Below are positions 21,012 through 30,013 of a DNA stretch of 64,000 nt, one piece after another. Origin of the DNA: Deltaproteobacteria bacterium. GTDB taxonomy: Bacteria > Desulfobacterota > Syntrophia > Syntrophales > UBA2210. Every line of letters begins with the position of its first letter. Position 1 is the stretch's first letter. Both the position numbers and the translations under genes were made by a program. The stretch spans positions 9,264 to 73,263 of the forward strand of contig JAFDAI010000006.1 in assembly GCA_019313905.1 (NCBI GenBank), given 5' to 3'. The notes below the pieces were generated by a model. That model was not told the DNA's origin. It worked only from the letters and a program-made list of their open reading frames with translations, and did not search any database.

Positions 21012-22028
21012 TTGATTCTAAGGTTTTTACTGATAGTGGGCTGTTCCATAGGTGGTTATTTTATTGCTTTACAATATCATACATTTCCGTTTTCATTAAT
21101 AGGTTTGGTAGCAGGATTTTTTCTTTCAATTTTTGTAATACAGATCGAACAGACCATAAGAAAACTTTCCCTGAGGGTTATAGCTGGCGGTGTTATCGGA
21201 ACAGTTTCCGGGCTTCTGATTGCCTTTCTCTTTACCTATGGTCTGAAGTTTATGCCAGGGCTGGAGAAACAGGAGATAATACCGTGGGGATATCTCTATT
21301 TCATAGTTACCTGCATTCTGGCATACCTCGGCTTGGTTCTTGGCTCAAAAAAGGTTGAAGAAATCTCCTTTCCCAGATCCAAATCTTCAAAAGATGAAAA
21401 AAATCCGGATTACAGGATACTTGATACCAGCGTTATTATTGACGGCAGAATGGCTGATATATGCGATACGGGCTTTATTGAGGGCAGTCTGATAGTTCCT
21501 CGTTTCGTATTGGATGAATTGCAACAGATAGCCGATTCATCCGACCATATGAAACGTTCAAGGGGCAGGAGGGGGCTGGATATACTCAACCGGATGCAGA
21601 AAAGTGCCGATATAAGGATTGATGTCGTGGATGTCGATTTCCCGGAGATAAGGGGTGTCGACGCGAAGCTTGTCGCCCTTGCCAAACAAAAGGGGGGCAA
21701 AATCGTAACCAATGACTACAATCTGAACAAAGTTGCTGAATTGCAGGGTATAAAGATTCTGAATGTCAATGAACTTGGGAATGCCCTGAAACCTCTGGTT
21801 CTACCCGGAGAGACAATGACAGTCAGGGTTATAAAAGAAGGAACAGAAGCGGGGCAGGGCGTAGCATATCTTGATGATGGCACCATGGTGGTTGTGGATA
21901 ATGGGGGCAAACACATGGGAGAAAACGTAGGGGTGGTTGTAACCAGTGTTCTTCAAACAACGGCGGGAAGGATGATCTTTTCCGGCATGAAAAATGATGA
22001 ACATGACAGCGCATCCGCGCAGACATAA
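21012..22028 (+). CDS. membrane-anchored PIN + TRAM domain protein (YacL-like)
   Basis: N-terminal TM helices, then PIN ([11 protein letters not shown]...) and a C-terminal TRAM-like beta domain. TTG start after AGGAGG. Precedes ispD-ispF, as in the yacL-ispD-ispF arrangement. Confidence 0.75.
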   Translation: MILRFLLIVGCSIGGYFIALQYHTFPFSLIGLVAGFFLSIFVIQIEQTIRKLSLRVIAGGVIGTVSGLLIAFLFTYGLKFMPGLEKQEIIPWGYLYFIVTCILAYLGLVLGSKKVEEISFPRSKSSKDEKNPDYRILDTSVIIDGRMADICDTGFIEGSLIVPRFVLDELQQIADSSDHMKRSRGRRGLDILNRMQKSADIRIDVVDVDFPEIRGVDAKLVALAKQKGGKIVTNDYNLNKVAELQGIKILNVNELGNALKPLVLPGETMTVRVIKEGTEAGQGVAYLDDGTMVVVDNGGKHMGENVGVVVTSVLQTTAGRMIFSGMKNDEHDSASAQT

Positions 22029-22078
22029 GAAAAAGGGTTTGAGTTGAAAAACTCTTCAATGAGACTGATAGCCTGAAT

Positions 22079-22122
22079 AGTGCCCCTCCAGAAATGGCTA
22101 TTTTTCACTCTGGAGGGGCACT
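22079..22122. other. 14-bp perfect GC-rich hairpin between yacL-like gene and ispD
   Basis: AGTGCCCCTCCAGA (22079-22092), 16-nt loop, TCTGGAGGGGCACT (22109-22122). No U-tract on either strand. Confidence 0.6.
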
Positions 22123-22145
22123 AAATAGCAAATAGAAAAGCAATA

Positions 22146-22850
22146 ATGATGGTGCAATCAATTGCGATTATCGTTGCCGGCGGTTCCGGAAAACGAATGT
22201 TGCGTGATCTTCCAAAACAGTTTCTATCGCTGGATGGCATACCTGTATTAGCCCGAACCCTTAGCAAATTTGAAAAGGCTCTGTCCGTTATCCGCATCGT
22301 ACTTGTGGTTCCGAAAGAGGATATGAATTATGCGAAGGATGAAATCGTTGGCAAACACCGAATCCTTAAGGTAGAGCATATCCAGGCCGGGGGGAAGACA
22401 AGACAGGATTCCGTCAGAAAAGGCTTGGAGATGGTTGATGACGGAGACGACATTATAGTTATTCACGATGGTGTCAGGCCCTTTCTCTCGGAAGAATTGA
22501 TAGACCTTTCCATTCGGGAAGCTGTCCGAAACGGGGCAGTGGTTCCGGTAATTCCCTTGACGGATACGGTTAAGATAGTTGGTGAAGACGGAATTATAAG
22601 AGATACCCCCGGCAGGAACGATCTGTGGTTCGCTCAGACGCCCCAGGCATTTAGAAGGGAAATCATCCTGGAGGCATACAGAAATGCGTACAGAGAGGGA
22701 TTTTACGGCACAGACGACGCATCCCTTGTGGAACGCATGGGCGTGCCTGTGAAAACAATCCCGGGTTCGCATGACAATATCAAGATTACCACGCCGGAAG
22801 ATATTACCCTTGGTAACCTTCTCCTGAAGAAAATTGGAACAGGCGTATGA
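22146..22850 (+). CDS. ispD: 2-C-methyl-D-erythritol 4-phosphate cytidylyltransferase
   Basis: AIIVAGGSGKRM N-terminal motif. 4-nt overlap with ispF. Confidence 0.9.
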   Translation: MMVQSIAIIVAGGSGKRMLRDLPKQFLSLDGIPVLARTLSKFEKALSVIRIVLVVPKEDMNYAKDEIVGKHRILKVEHIQAGGKTRQDSVRKGLEMVDDGDDIIVIHDGVRPFLSEELIDLSIREAVRNGAVVPVIPLTDTVKIVGEDGIIRDTPGRNDLWFAQTPQAFRREIILEAYRNAYREGFYGTDDASLVERMGVPVKTIPGSHDNIKITTPEDITLGNLLLKKIGTGV

Positions 22851-23335
22851 GAATCGGTTTTGGATATGACAGCCACAGGCTGGTGAAAGGGAGGAAACTG
22901 ATTTTGGGGGGCGTGGAGATTCCCTGTGAAAGGGGACTTCTTGGTCATTCCGATGCGGATGCCCTGCTTCATGCCCTGTGTGACGCCATTCTGGGCGCTA
23001 TTGGAGAAGGTGACATTGGAAAACACTTTCCGAACAGCGATCCCGCCTACAAAGATATATCCAGCAGAGAGCTGTTGATCAGGGTTAATAAACTGGCAAT
23101 CCGGAAGGGGTACCGGGTGAATAATGTTGATTCAACTCTTATACTGGAAGAGCCGAAATTAAGAGAGTATATAGACGAAATGATTGCGAATATAACCGGT
23201 TTCCTTGATATGGAGCCGGGCCGGGTAAACGTCAAGGCTTCAACCAACGAAGGTATGGGCTTTACCGGACGGCGTGAAGGTATAGCGGCCTTTGCGGTGG
23301 TTACGATGGAAGCTCAGAGCCCTCTCCTGCCTTAA
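22847..23335 (+). CDS. ispF: 2-C-methyl-D-erythritol 2,4-cyclodiphosphate synthase
   Basis: MRIGFGYDSHRL...GHSDADALLHAL...GDIGKHFP motifs. Confidence 0.92.
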   Translation: MRIGFGYDSHRLVKGRKLILGGVEIPCERGLLGHSDADALLHALCDAILGAIGEGDIGKHFPNSDPAYKDISSRELLIRVNKLAIRKGYRVNNVDSTLILEEPKLREYIDEMIANITGFLDMEPGRVNVKASTNEGMGFTGRREGIAAFAVVTMEAQSPLLP

Positions 23336-23362
23336 TACACCCCAGTATTGGGGAGTTGTATC

Positions 23363-23391
23363 TTGACCGCTCCGCGTCAGTATTATATAGA
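23363..23391 (+). promoter_or_regulatory. candidate sigma-70 promoter for pgk
   Basis: TTGACC (23363-23368), N17, TATAGA (23386-23391), about 45 nt before the GTG start. Confidence 0.35.
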
Positions 23392-23435
23392 CACACAATC
23401 TCCATTCTGAACGTATACTAAATAAGGAGGAATTT

Positions 23436-24632
23436 GTGAAGTACATAAATCAGGTTGACATTAAAGGTAAAACGGTGCTTTGCCGGTTTGATTTTAACGT
23501 TTCGTTGGATGAGGATCTGCATATTGCCGATGACAGGAGAATAAAGACGGCGCTTCCGACAATCAACTATGCGCTGGATGAGGATGCGCGGGTGATAGTG
23601 ATGGCTCATTTGGGCAGACCAGAGGGGAAAGTAATAGATAGCCTCAGTCTCAGGCCAGTGGCCAAAAGATTGTCACGCCTTCTTGGCAAAGAGGTTGTGC
23701 TGACAAAGGACTGTATTGGCGACGATGTAAAAACGCTGATTCAGGATATGAAACCCGGTTGCGTACTCATGCTGGAAAACCTGAGATTTCACATAGAAGA
23801 AACAGAGAATAATGATGAGTTTGCACGGGAACTGGCCGGTTATGCCGATGTGTACGTGGATGATGCCTTTGGAAACGCCCACAGGACCCATGCTTCCAAT
23901 GTTGGAATAACAAAATTTGCAAAGGAGTGTTGCGCCGGTCTTCTGATGAAAAAGGAATTAAACTATTTTAGCGCTACCCTTAAAAACCCCTTACGCCCTT
24001 TTGTGGCTATAATCGGTGGTTCAAAGGTATCAGACAAGCTGGAAGCCCTTGCGAATCTCATCAGAAGAGTTGACAAGATGATAATAGGGGGGGGGATGGC
24101 TTTTACCTTTCTGAAGGCGATGGGGCACGAGGTGGGCACATCCCTGATAGAGGATAACCTTATCAATATGGCGCGCCGGGGCATCAAGATAGCAAAGGAA
24201 AGGGGCGTAAAATTATACCTTCCCGTTGATTGCGTTATCGCCGAAGAGGCCGATTCGAAGGCGGTGACAAAGATCGTACCCGTCCAGGAAATAGACCCCG
24301 ACTGGATGGGTCTGGATATTGGACCCGCCTCTATTGCCCTCTTTCGTGAGGTGCTCGGAGACGCGAAAACAATTATATGGAACGGTCCTATGGGCGTGTT
24401 TGAGATTGACGCGTTCAGCATGGGCACCTTTTCCATGGTTCATACCGTTGCGCAATCCCATGCCCTTACGATTGTGGGAGGAGGTGATACGGATGTCGCT
24501 GTCCACAGAGCGGGACAGAGCGATTATATTACCTATATATCCACCGGAGGTGGCGCATCCCTTGAACTTCTGGAGGGCAAGAAATTGCCGGCGGTTAAAG
24601 CGCTTGATGAATGTAAAAAGAGAATGAGTTGA
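23436..24632 (+). CDS. pgk: phosphoglycerate kinase
   Basis: 398 aa. RFDFNV, HLGRPEG, GGGMAFTF and STGGGASLE motifs. GTG start after AAGGAGG. Confidence 0.95.
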   Translation: MKYINQVDIKGKTVLCRFDFNVSLDEDLHIADDRRIKTALPTINYALDEDARVIVMAHLGRPEGKVIDSLSLRPVAKRLSRLLGKEVVLTKDCIGDDVKTLIQDMKPGCVLMLENLRFHIEETENNDEFARELAGYADVYVDDAFGNAHRTHASNVGITKFAKECCAGLLMKKELNYFSATLKNPLRPFVAIIGGSKVSDKLEALANLIRRVDKMIIGGGMAFTFLKAMGHEVGTSLIEDNLINMARRGIKIAKERGVKLYLPVDCVIAEEADSKAVTKIVPVQEIDPDWMGLDIGPASIALFREVLGDAKTIIWNGPMGVFEIDAFSMGTFSMVHTVAQSHALTIVGGGDTDVAVHRAGQSDYITYISTGGGASLELLEGKKLPAVKALDECKKRMS

Positions 24633-24671
24633 CTTTTTGCTGCTACATCATAGATGATTCTATTGATTTAT

Positions 24672-24780
24672 GAGGATTTTAGTTCAAGGTCAAGGCATGC
24701 GAAAAAAATAACCGCAGGTATATAGTTAATATTCCGAGGATTATTTTTTGAGCATAACACAGAGATTGGGCGAAAAAACC
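24672..24780 (-). repeat. copy 2 of the ~100-nt structured dispersed element
   Basis: The reverse complement aligns with 8758-8858. Same hairpin architecture with compensatory substitutions. Confidence 0.6.
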
Positions 24781-24821
24781 ATTAATCAACAGCATCATGA
24801 ATTGACCGTGGACCGGACCCT

Positions 24822-25556
24822 ATGAGAAATGTAAGGATTGTTTGCGAATATGACGGCACCTCCTATCATGGGTGGCAGATACAACCCAACGGTATCAGTA
24901 TTCAAGAGGTGCTTGAGAAAAAGATAGGGATAATCACGCAGGAAAAGATAAAATTGACGGCTTCGGGTAGAACGGACGCCGGCGTTCATGCCTTAAATCA
25001 GGTGGCAAACTTCAGAACAGGGTCGGCCATAGGGTGTGAGAACCTTCTGAAAGGGATCAACAGCCTTCTGCCCGGAGACATTGTCATAAAAGACCTGCGG
25101 GATACGGATGAGGATTTTCACGCGCGCTACAACGCGAAGAACAAGATATATCTGTACAAAATATTAAACAGTCCGGTGAGAACAGCCCTCTACAGAAACT
25201 ATTCCTGGCATGTGCGCGTTTCTCTTGATGTGGGTGCAATGAGAGAAGCGGCGATACTGCTGAAGGGGAGACGCGATTTTTCATCTTTCTGCGCCTCCGG
25301 GTGCGATTCCGAAAACCATGTAAGGACGGTTATTGATACTTCTATTGATGTGAAGGGCGACATGATTTCATTCACCATAGCGGCAGACGGTTTTTTGCGT
25401 TATATGGTGAGAAACATTGTCGGTCTGCTTGTCGATGTGGGGAGGGGAATCGTTACGCCTGCCGGATTCGAGGAAATAATGGATGCCAGGAACAGGACGG
25501 CGGCCGGTATTACTGCCCCTCCGCAGGGGCTTTTTCTCAGGGAGGTCAGATACTGA
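24822..25556 (+). CDS. truA: tRNA pseudouridine(38-40) synthase
   Basis: YDGTSYHGWQIQPN...SGRTDAGVHA catalytic Asp motif. Confidence 0.92.
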   Translation: MRNVRIVCEYDGTSYHGWQIQPNGISIQEVLEKKIGIITQEKIKLTASGRTDAGVHALNQVANFRTGSAIGCENLLKGINSLLPGDIVIKDLRDTDEDFHARYNAKNKIYLYKILNSPVRTALYRNYSWHVRVSLDVGAMREAAILLKGRRDFSSFCASGCDSENHVRTVIDTSIDVKGDMISFTIAADGFLRYMVRNIVGLLVDVGRGIVTPAGFEEIMDARNRTAAGITAPPQGLFLREVRY

Positions 25557-26395
25557 TGAAGATACTGGTGCTGGGACATAATGGTATGCTCGGAACTGAC
25601 CTTGTAACAACTCTTGGCGGAGTCCATGATGTAATCGGAAAAGATGTTGAAGATTTTGATATTGCGTCTGCCACCCATTGCAGACGTGTGGTTGAAGAAT
25701 CCGGTGCGGATATGGTTATAAATGCGGCCGCCTATACGAATGTGGACGGTTGTGAAACGGATGAGGCAGGATGTTTTTCCGTGAATGCCGATGGAATGAA
25801 AAACGTAGCTCTGGCGTGCAGAGAGCCCGGCACCAAGCTGGTCCACTTCAGCACCGATTATGTGTTTGATGGTACGAAAGCCGCTCCCTATGTGGAAGAG
25901 GATGCATGTAATCCTATCAACGTCTATGGGAGATCCAAGCTGAAGGGGGAGGAGTATCTCAGGAAATTTTCCGATAATTACATATTGTTGAGAACGTCCT
26001 GGCTTTATGGGAAGAATGGAAGGAATTTTGTCGGGGCAATAGTGGAAAAGGCGGAGAAAACTGGAAAACTGGAGGTGGTTGATGACCAGACGGGCTCGCC
26101 CACCTGTACAGTGGATCTGGCGGCAGCAGTGAAGGTTCTTGTTGAGGGCGATTACAGGGGCGTTTTTCATGTAACGAACAGGGGAACGTGTAGCTGGTAT
26201 CAGTTTGCCCTGAAGATACTGGAATACAAGGGTGTGGAGAATGTCAGGATTGTTCCGATAAAATCTGCAAAACTTGGCAAAGGCGCGCCCCGTCCCGAAT
26301 ATTCGGTTCTCAGTTGTAAAAAGTTCGCCGATGCCACACACAGGACGATGAGATTCTGGCAGATAGCGCTGAAGGATTATATGGCCGGCGCATAA
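25556..26395 (+). CDS. rfbD: dTDP-4-dehydrorhamnose reductase
   Basis: MKILVLGHNGMLG Rossmann start, YGRSKLKGE (YxxxK), RmlD-type length. Confidence 0.85.
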   Translation: MKILVLGHNGMLGTDLVTTLGGVHDVIGKDVEDFDIASATHCRRVVEESGADMVINAAAYTNVDGCETDEAGCFSVNADGMKNVALACREPGTKLVHFSTDYVFDGTKAAPYVEEDACNPINVYGRSKLKGEEYLRKFSDNYILLRTSWLYGKNGRNFVGAIVEKAEKTGKLEVVDDQTGSPTCTVDLAAAVKVLVEGDYRGVFHVTNRGTCSWYQFALKILEYKGVENVRIVPIKSAKLGKGAPRPEYSVLSCKKFADATHRTMRFWQIALKDYMAGA

Positions 26396-26413
26396 TCTGA
26401 GGAGAATTGACGA

Positions 26414-27217
26414 ATGATCACCACAGACAGAGACAACCTCCGGAAAGTGTATCCAGTTTTGAACACAGGTTTTGCCAGGGCTTACCTTATCGAAGGCAGT
26501 GGAGGACTCATGGCTGTTGATGTAGGGAGTCCCGGATGCGCGAAAGATATAGCCGGGTACATAACCCGTGTGCTGGGTCGGACTCTGGATGATCTGAAAT
26601 ATATAACAGCCACGCATTTTCATATAGATCACATAGGTGGAATCGGCCACCTGCTTGACATGTGTCCGCCGCAAACGAGGGTGCTTTTTCATTATATGGT
26701 GAAGGATTACATCATGGGAAGAAAAAAGATATCCCTGATAAAAAACTGGTTTGTGGGCCTTCCTCCCGCAACAGTGGTGAGCGCCCGCTATCTCAGGAGA
26801 TTTTCGCATCTTGGTATTGAGAGCCTGACGGGGATTCCCATCCCGGGACTGAGGAATATCGTAAGACTTCCCTTCAGCCACGACAGGATCGATTATTTCG
26901 GAAGCGAGGGAAGGAAAATATATCCCCTCGACGATCCAGGTTTTGAAGAATGGGAGGCAATAAAAACGCCCGGCCATACGGAAGACTCTGTGTGCTTTTT
27001 CAACAGGGCAACAGGAGAACTGATATCGGGGGACCTGATCATAAATATTTCCAAAGATGGCAGGGGAGAGCTGAACAGGTTTCACTGGAGCAGAAATGTC
27101 ATAAAAGAATCCTGCGATTATCTGCGCGGCACAATAAAACCTGTGGTTATCTATCCCGGTCACGGTGAGGTGATAGCCGGGAACGTTGATATGCTCGCGA
27201 AAGTTAAGACTTTTTAG
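26414..27217 (+). CDS. MBL-fold metallo-hydrolase
   Basis: THFHIDHIGG motif, later TPGHTEDS. Confidence 0.7.
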   Translation: MITTDRDNLRKVYPVLNTGFARAYLIEGSGGLMAVDVGSPGCAKDIAGYITRVLGRTLDDLKYITATHFHIDHIGGIGHLLDMCPPQTRVLFHYMVKDYIMGRKKISLIKNWFVGLPPATVVSARYLRRFSHLGIESLTGIPIPGLRNIVRLPFSHDRIDYFGSEGRKIYPLDDPGFEEWEAIKTPGHTEDSVCFFNRATGELISGDLIINISKDGRGELNRFHWSRNVIKESCDYLRGTIKPVVIYPGHGEVIAGNVDMLAKVKTF

Positions 27218-27234
27218 AGAGTGATGAGGAGCTT

Positions 27235-28881
27235 GTGGTGCAGGGAAAAATAGTTGTCATGTCTGAAGAGCTGTCCAACAGGATAGCCGCGGGCGAGGTA
27301 ATTGAAAGGCCCGCCTCCATAGTCAAGGAGCTTGTCGAGAATTCCCTTGATGCCGGCGCGACTGACATCCTTGTTGAACTTGAGAGCGGAGGAAAGCAAT
27401 CTGTAAAGGTTGTGGATAACGGCAGGGGGATCGACAGGGATGACGTGGCCCTGGCCTTTGAGAGACACGCCACGAGCAAGATATATACATTTGAAGACAT
27501 CCATGAGATAGAATCTTTCGGGTTTCGCGGCGAGGCCATCGCGAGCATAGCTTCCATATCCAGGATTGAAATGCTGACAAGAAAGGAAAATTCTCTGTCA
27601 GGTACCCGGGCGGTGGTAAAGGGAGGAAGAGTCGAAGAGATTATTGATGCCGGCTGCCCTGTCGGCACATCGGTAACTGTCAGTGATATCTTTTATTCCA
27701 CGCCAGCCCGGATGAAGTTTATGAAGGGGGATTCCACCGAACAGACCCACTGCATAGACGCCATAATGAGGCTGGCGCTTTCCAACCCGGAAGTGAAAAT
27801 GAGGGTTGTCGCAAAAGGCAAAGCTGTCCTTAATGTACCGAGAACAAAAAATCTGTCAGACAGAATTGCACTTGTATTTGGCGAAGACTTCGGGAGACAC
27901 ACACTTGAGGTTGAAGGACAAAGGGGAAATGCAACCATTCGAGGGATCATCTCCATGCCCGACCGCACAAGGGCAAACACGAAGGGGCAATTCTATTTTA
28001 TCAACAACAGATTTATAAGGGACAGACTCCTGAATCATTCGGTTATAACCTCTTACAGAAGATTGATAGAACCTAGGAGATTTCCTTACGTCGTCCTGTT
28101 TATAGATATGCCCGCGTCCGATGTGGATATAAATGTCCATCCGGCCAAGATGGAGGTGCGCTTCAGAAGCTCTGGAGATGTATACAGTCTTGTTACAGAC
28201 ACCCTTTCCAGGGCGCTGTCCGGTATGTCCACTGCCAGAACTGACTTCCCCGAGCCCTCTTTCGGAGTGAGTGCGGGTGCGTACAGAGAAAGGGTTGGAG
28301 ATGTTTTAAAAAAGTACACCGTTCTGTCAGGTGCTGAAAAGAAAACCTTTAATATGAATGTTTCTGAGGGGGGAATGAGAAAGGCGTGGGATTCTTCCGG
28401 CTGGAAAGGAGGCGAGGAAGAGCTGCCAACCCTTTTCAATGAGCATGATGTGCCGGAAGACACGGTAACCTTCTCGTCTCTCAAATACTTGGGACAAATT
28501 GCGGGCACATACCTCGCGTTTTCATCGGACGGCGCATTTATTCTCATGGATCAGCATGCGGCCCACGAGAGGGTGCTTTTTGAAAAGCTGAAGGTGTCCA
28601 CGAAAGAGATGACACATATTCAGGGCTTGCTGATACCGGAGATTGTGAGCCTTCAACCCGGACGCTTTGATCTGCTTATGAATAATATTGACGTGCTGAA
28701 AGATGCGGGACTTGGCGTGGAGCGGTATGGCGAGAATACGATACTGGTAAAACAGATTCCCGCCTTCCTGACTGGGTGCAATCTGGAAGAGCTTATTTCC
28801 GATATAATAGAAGAAATCGGGGATACAGGGAAGACTGCGAATATCGATGAAACAAGAGACAAAATCCTTACCAGACCTTGA
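27235..28881 (+). CDS. mutL: DNA mismatch repair protein MutL, 3' end disrupted
   Basis: IAAGEVIERPASIVKELVENSLDAG GHKL ATPase start and DQHAAHERVLFEKL endonuclease motif. The ORF stops at ...DKILTRP*, before the ACR/SCK and CPHGRP motifs. Confidence 0.85.
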   Translation: MVQGKIVVMSEELSNRIAAGEVIERPASIVKELVENSLDAGATDILVELESGGKQSVKVVDNGRGIDRDDVALAFERHATSKIYTFEDIHEIESFGFRGEAIASIASISRIEMLTRKENSLSGTRAVVKGGRVEEIIDAGCPVGTSVTVSDIFYSTPARMKFMKGDSTEQTHCIDAIMRLALSNPEVKMRVVAKGKAVLNVPRTKNLSDRIALVFGEDFGRHTLEVEGQRGNATIRGIISMPDRTRANTKGQFYFINNRFIRDRLLNHSVITSYRRLIEPRRFPYVVLFIDMPASDVDINVHPAKMEVRFRSSGDVYSLVTDTLSRALSGMSTARTDFPEPSFGVSAGAYRERVGDVLKKYTVLSGAEKKTFNMNVSEGGMRKAWDSSGWKGGEEELPTLFNEHDVPEDTVTFSSLKYLGQIAGTYLAFSSDGAFILMDQHAAHERVLFEKLKVSTKEMTHIQGLLIPEIVSLQPGRFDLLMNNIDVLKDAGLGVERYGENTILVKQIPAFLTGCNLEELISDIIEEIGDTGKTANIDETRDKILTRP

Positions 28882-28975
28882 TTCAATACCATTCGCGGCG
28901 ACCTGCCCGCATGGGAGACCTACCTATGCAGTGCTTCGCATAAGGGATTTGGAGAGGATGTTCAAGCGAAGATGA
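28877..28975 (+). pseudogene. detached MutL C-terminal fragment in another frame
   Basis: Manual translation gives LDSIPFAATCPHGRPTYAVLRIRDLERMFKRR*, the canonical MutL end including C(P/N)HGRP. Confidence 0.65.
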
Positions 28976-29013
28976 CGGATAACCAGGAGAGTAGGGAGTA
29001 AGGAATAACCGGA

Positions 29014-29973
29014 ATGCAAAACTCAAGACCCGAAACTCGAAACCCCCAAAAGGGGACACGCCCGAAACCCCCGCTTATTGTTATCATGGGTCCCACCGGT
29101 GTGGGAAAGACCAGCCTGGCGATCAAACTTGCCGAAAGATACAACGGAGAAATTATCAGTGCCGACTCAATGCAGATTTACAGGTACATGGATATAGGCA
29201 CTGCAAAACCTTCTTCTGAAGAGAGGCTTCGTGTACCCCATCACCTGATTGATGTTGTAAATCCGGATGAAGAATTCAATGCCTCAATGTTTGTGAAAAA
29301 GGCCGATGAGGCAATTGCGCTTCTTCACAGCAGGCATAAAAAGGTGTTTGTGGTGGGAGGCACAGGATTGTATCTGGACGCCCTGCTCGGCGGGCTTTTG
29401 AGTGCCCCCGGCGCTGACGGGAGACTCCGCGATTCCTATAGAAGGGATGCCTCGCAATATGGAAAAGAACATCTTTACAAACGGTTAAAGGAGATAGATG
29501 CGATAGCCGCCGAGAAAATACACCCGAATGACCTTGTCAGGACAATCAGGGCGCTTGAGGTGCTGGAGCATACCGGACAGTCCATCACCGAGATACAGGG
29601 AGAACACAAATTCAGCAATAATGCTTATGATTTCGTGAAGATAGGCCTTAATATCGACAGGAATCTCTTGTATGACAGGATAAATGACAGAGTTGAGAAG
29701 ATGATAGAGACCGGACTTGTGGAGGAAGTGGAAAGACTTATGGACAGGGGTTATGACGAATCAGTCAGGCCGATGCAATCGATGACCTACAGGAACGTTA
29801 TTTCCTTCATCAGGGGAAAACAGAGCGAGCAGGATATGGTGAGATTGATCAAGCGTGATACGAGGCACTATGCTCGCAGACAACTGACCTGGTTCAAGAG
29901 GGATCCGGACATCAAATGGTTTGCCCCTCAGGATGAAAATATGATAAGTGGCACGATTGAAAAATTTGTGTGA
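29014..29973 (+). CDS. miaA: tRNA dimethylallyltransferase
   Basis: IMGPTGVGKTSLAI P-loop, DSMQIYR, HHLIDV motifs. The first ~20 codons are a shared DNA-level leader module, so the exact start is uncertain. Confidence 0.88.
   Translation: MQNSRPETRNPQKGTRPKPPLIVIMGPTGVGKTSLAIKLAERYNGEIISADSMQIYRYMDIGTAKPSSEERLRVPHHLIDVVNPDEEFNASMFVKKADEAIALLHSRHKKVFVVGGTGLYLDALLGGLLSAPGADGRLRDSYRRDASQYGKEHLYKRLKEIDAIAAEKIHPNDLVRTIRALEVLEHTGQSITEIQGEHKFSNNAYDFVKIGLNIDRNLLYDRINDRVEKMIETGLVEEVERLMDRGYDESVRPMQSMTYRNVISFIRGKQSEQDMVRLIKRDTRHYARRQLTWFKRDPDIKWFAPQDENMISGTIEKFV
29018..29072 (+). repeat. leader module shared with trmFO (heptamer repeats + CCCCCAAAAGGGGACACNCCCGAAACCCCC)
   Basis: 39 nt, ACTCGAAACCCCCAAAAGGGGACACGCCCGAAACCCCCG, matches the trmFO 5' region with 2 mismatches (manual alignment). 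Confidence 0.65.
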
Positions 29974-30013
29974 GCAGTTTATGCTCGCTATAGTAAATCA
30001 AGAAGGACGTGTT

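Noticed and set aside
25400-27163. 587-aa ORF on the minus strand, the longest 'unknown' ORF in the track
   Set aside because: It lies antisense to rfbD and the MBL hydrolase, both of which have clear family motifs. Its translation is low-complexity and rich in Cys/His/Arg/Ile, with no recognisable motif, no RBS and no coherent domain structure. It is a shadow ORF.
29948-30013. Upstream starts for valS (29948) and carD (20268) given in the ORF track
   Set aside because: The extra residues (MARLKNLCEQFMLAIVNQEGRV, MIYILFYEYRLIQIERGVWKE) have no counterpart in these families. Internal ATGs with RBS-like sequences give canonical N-termini.
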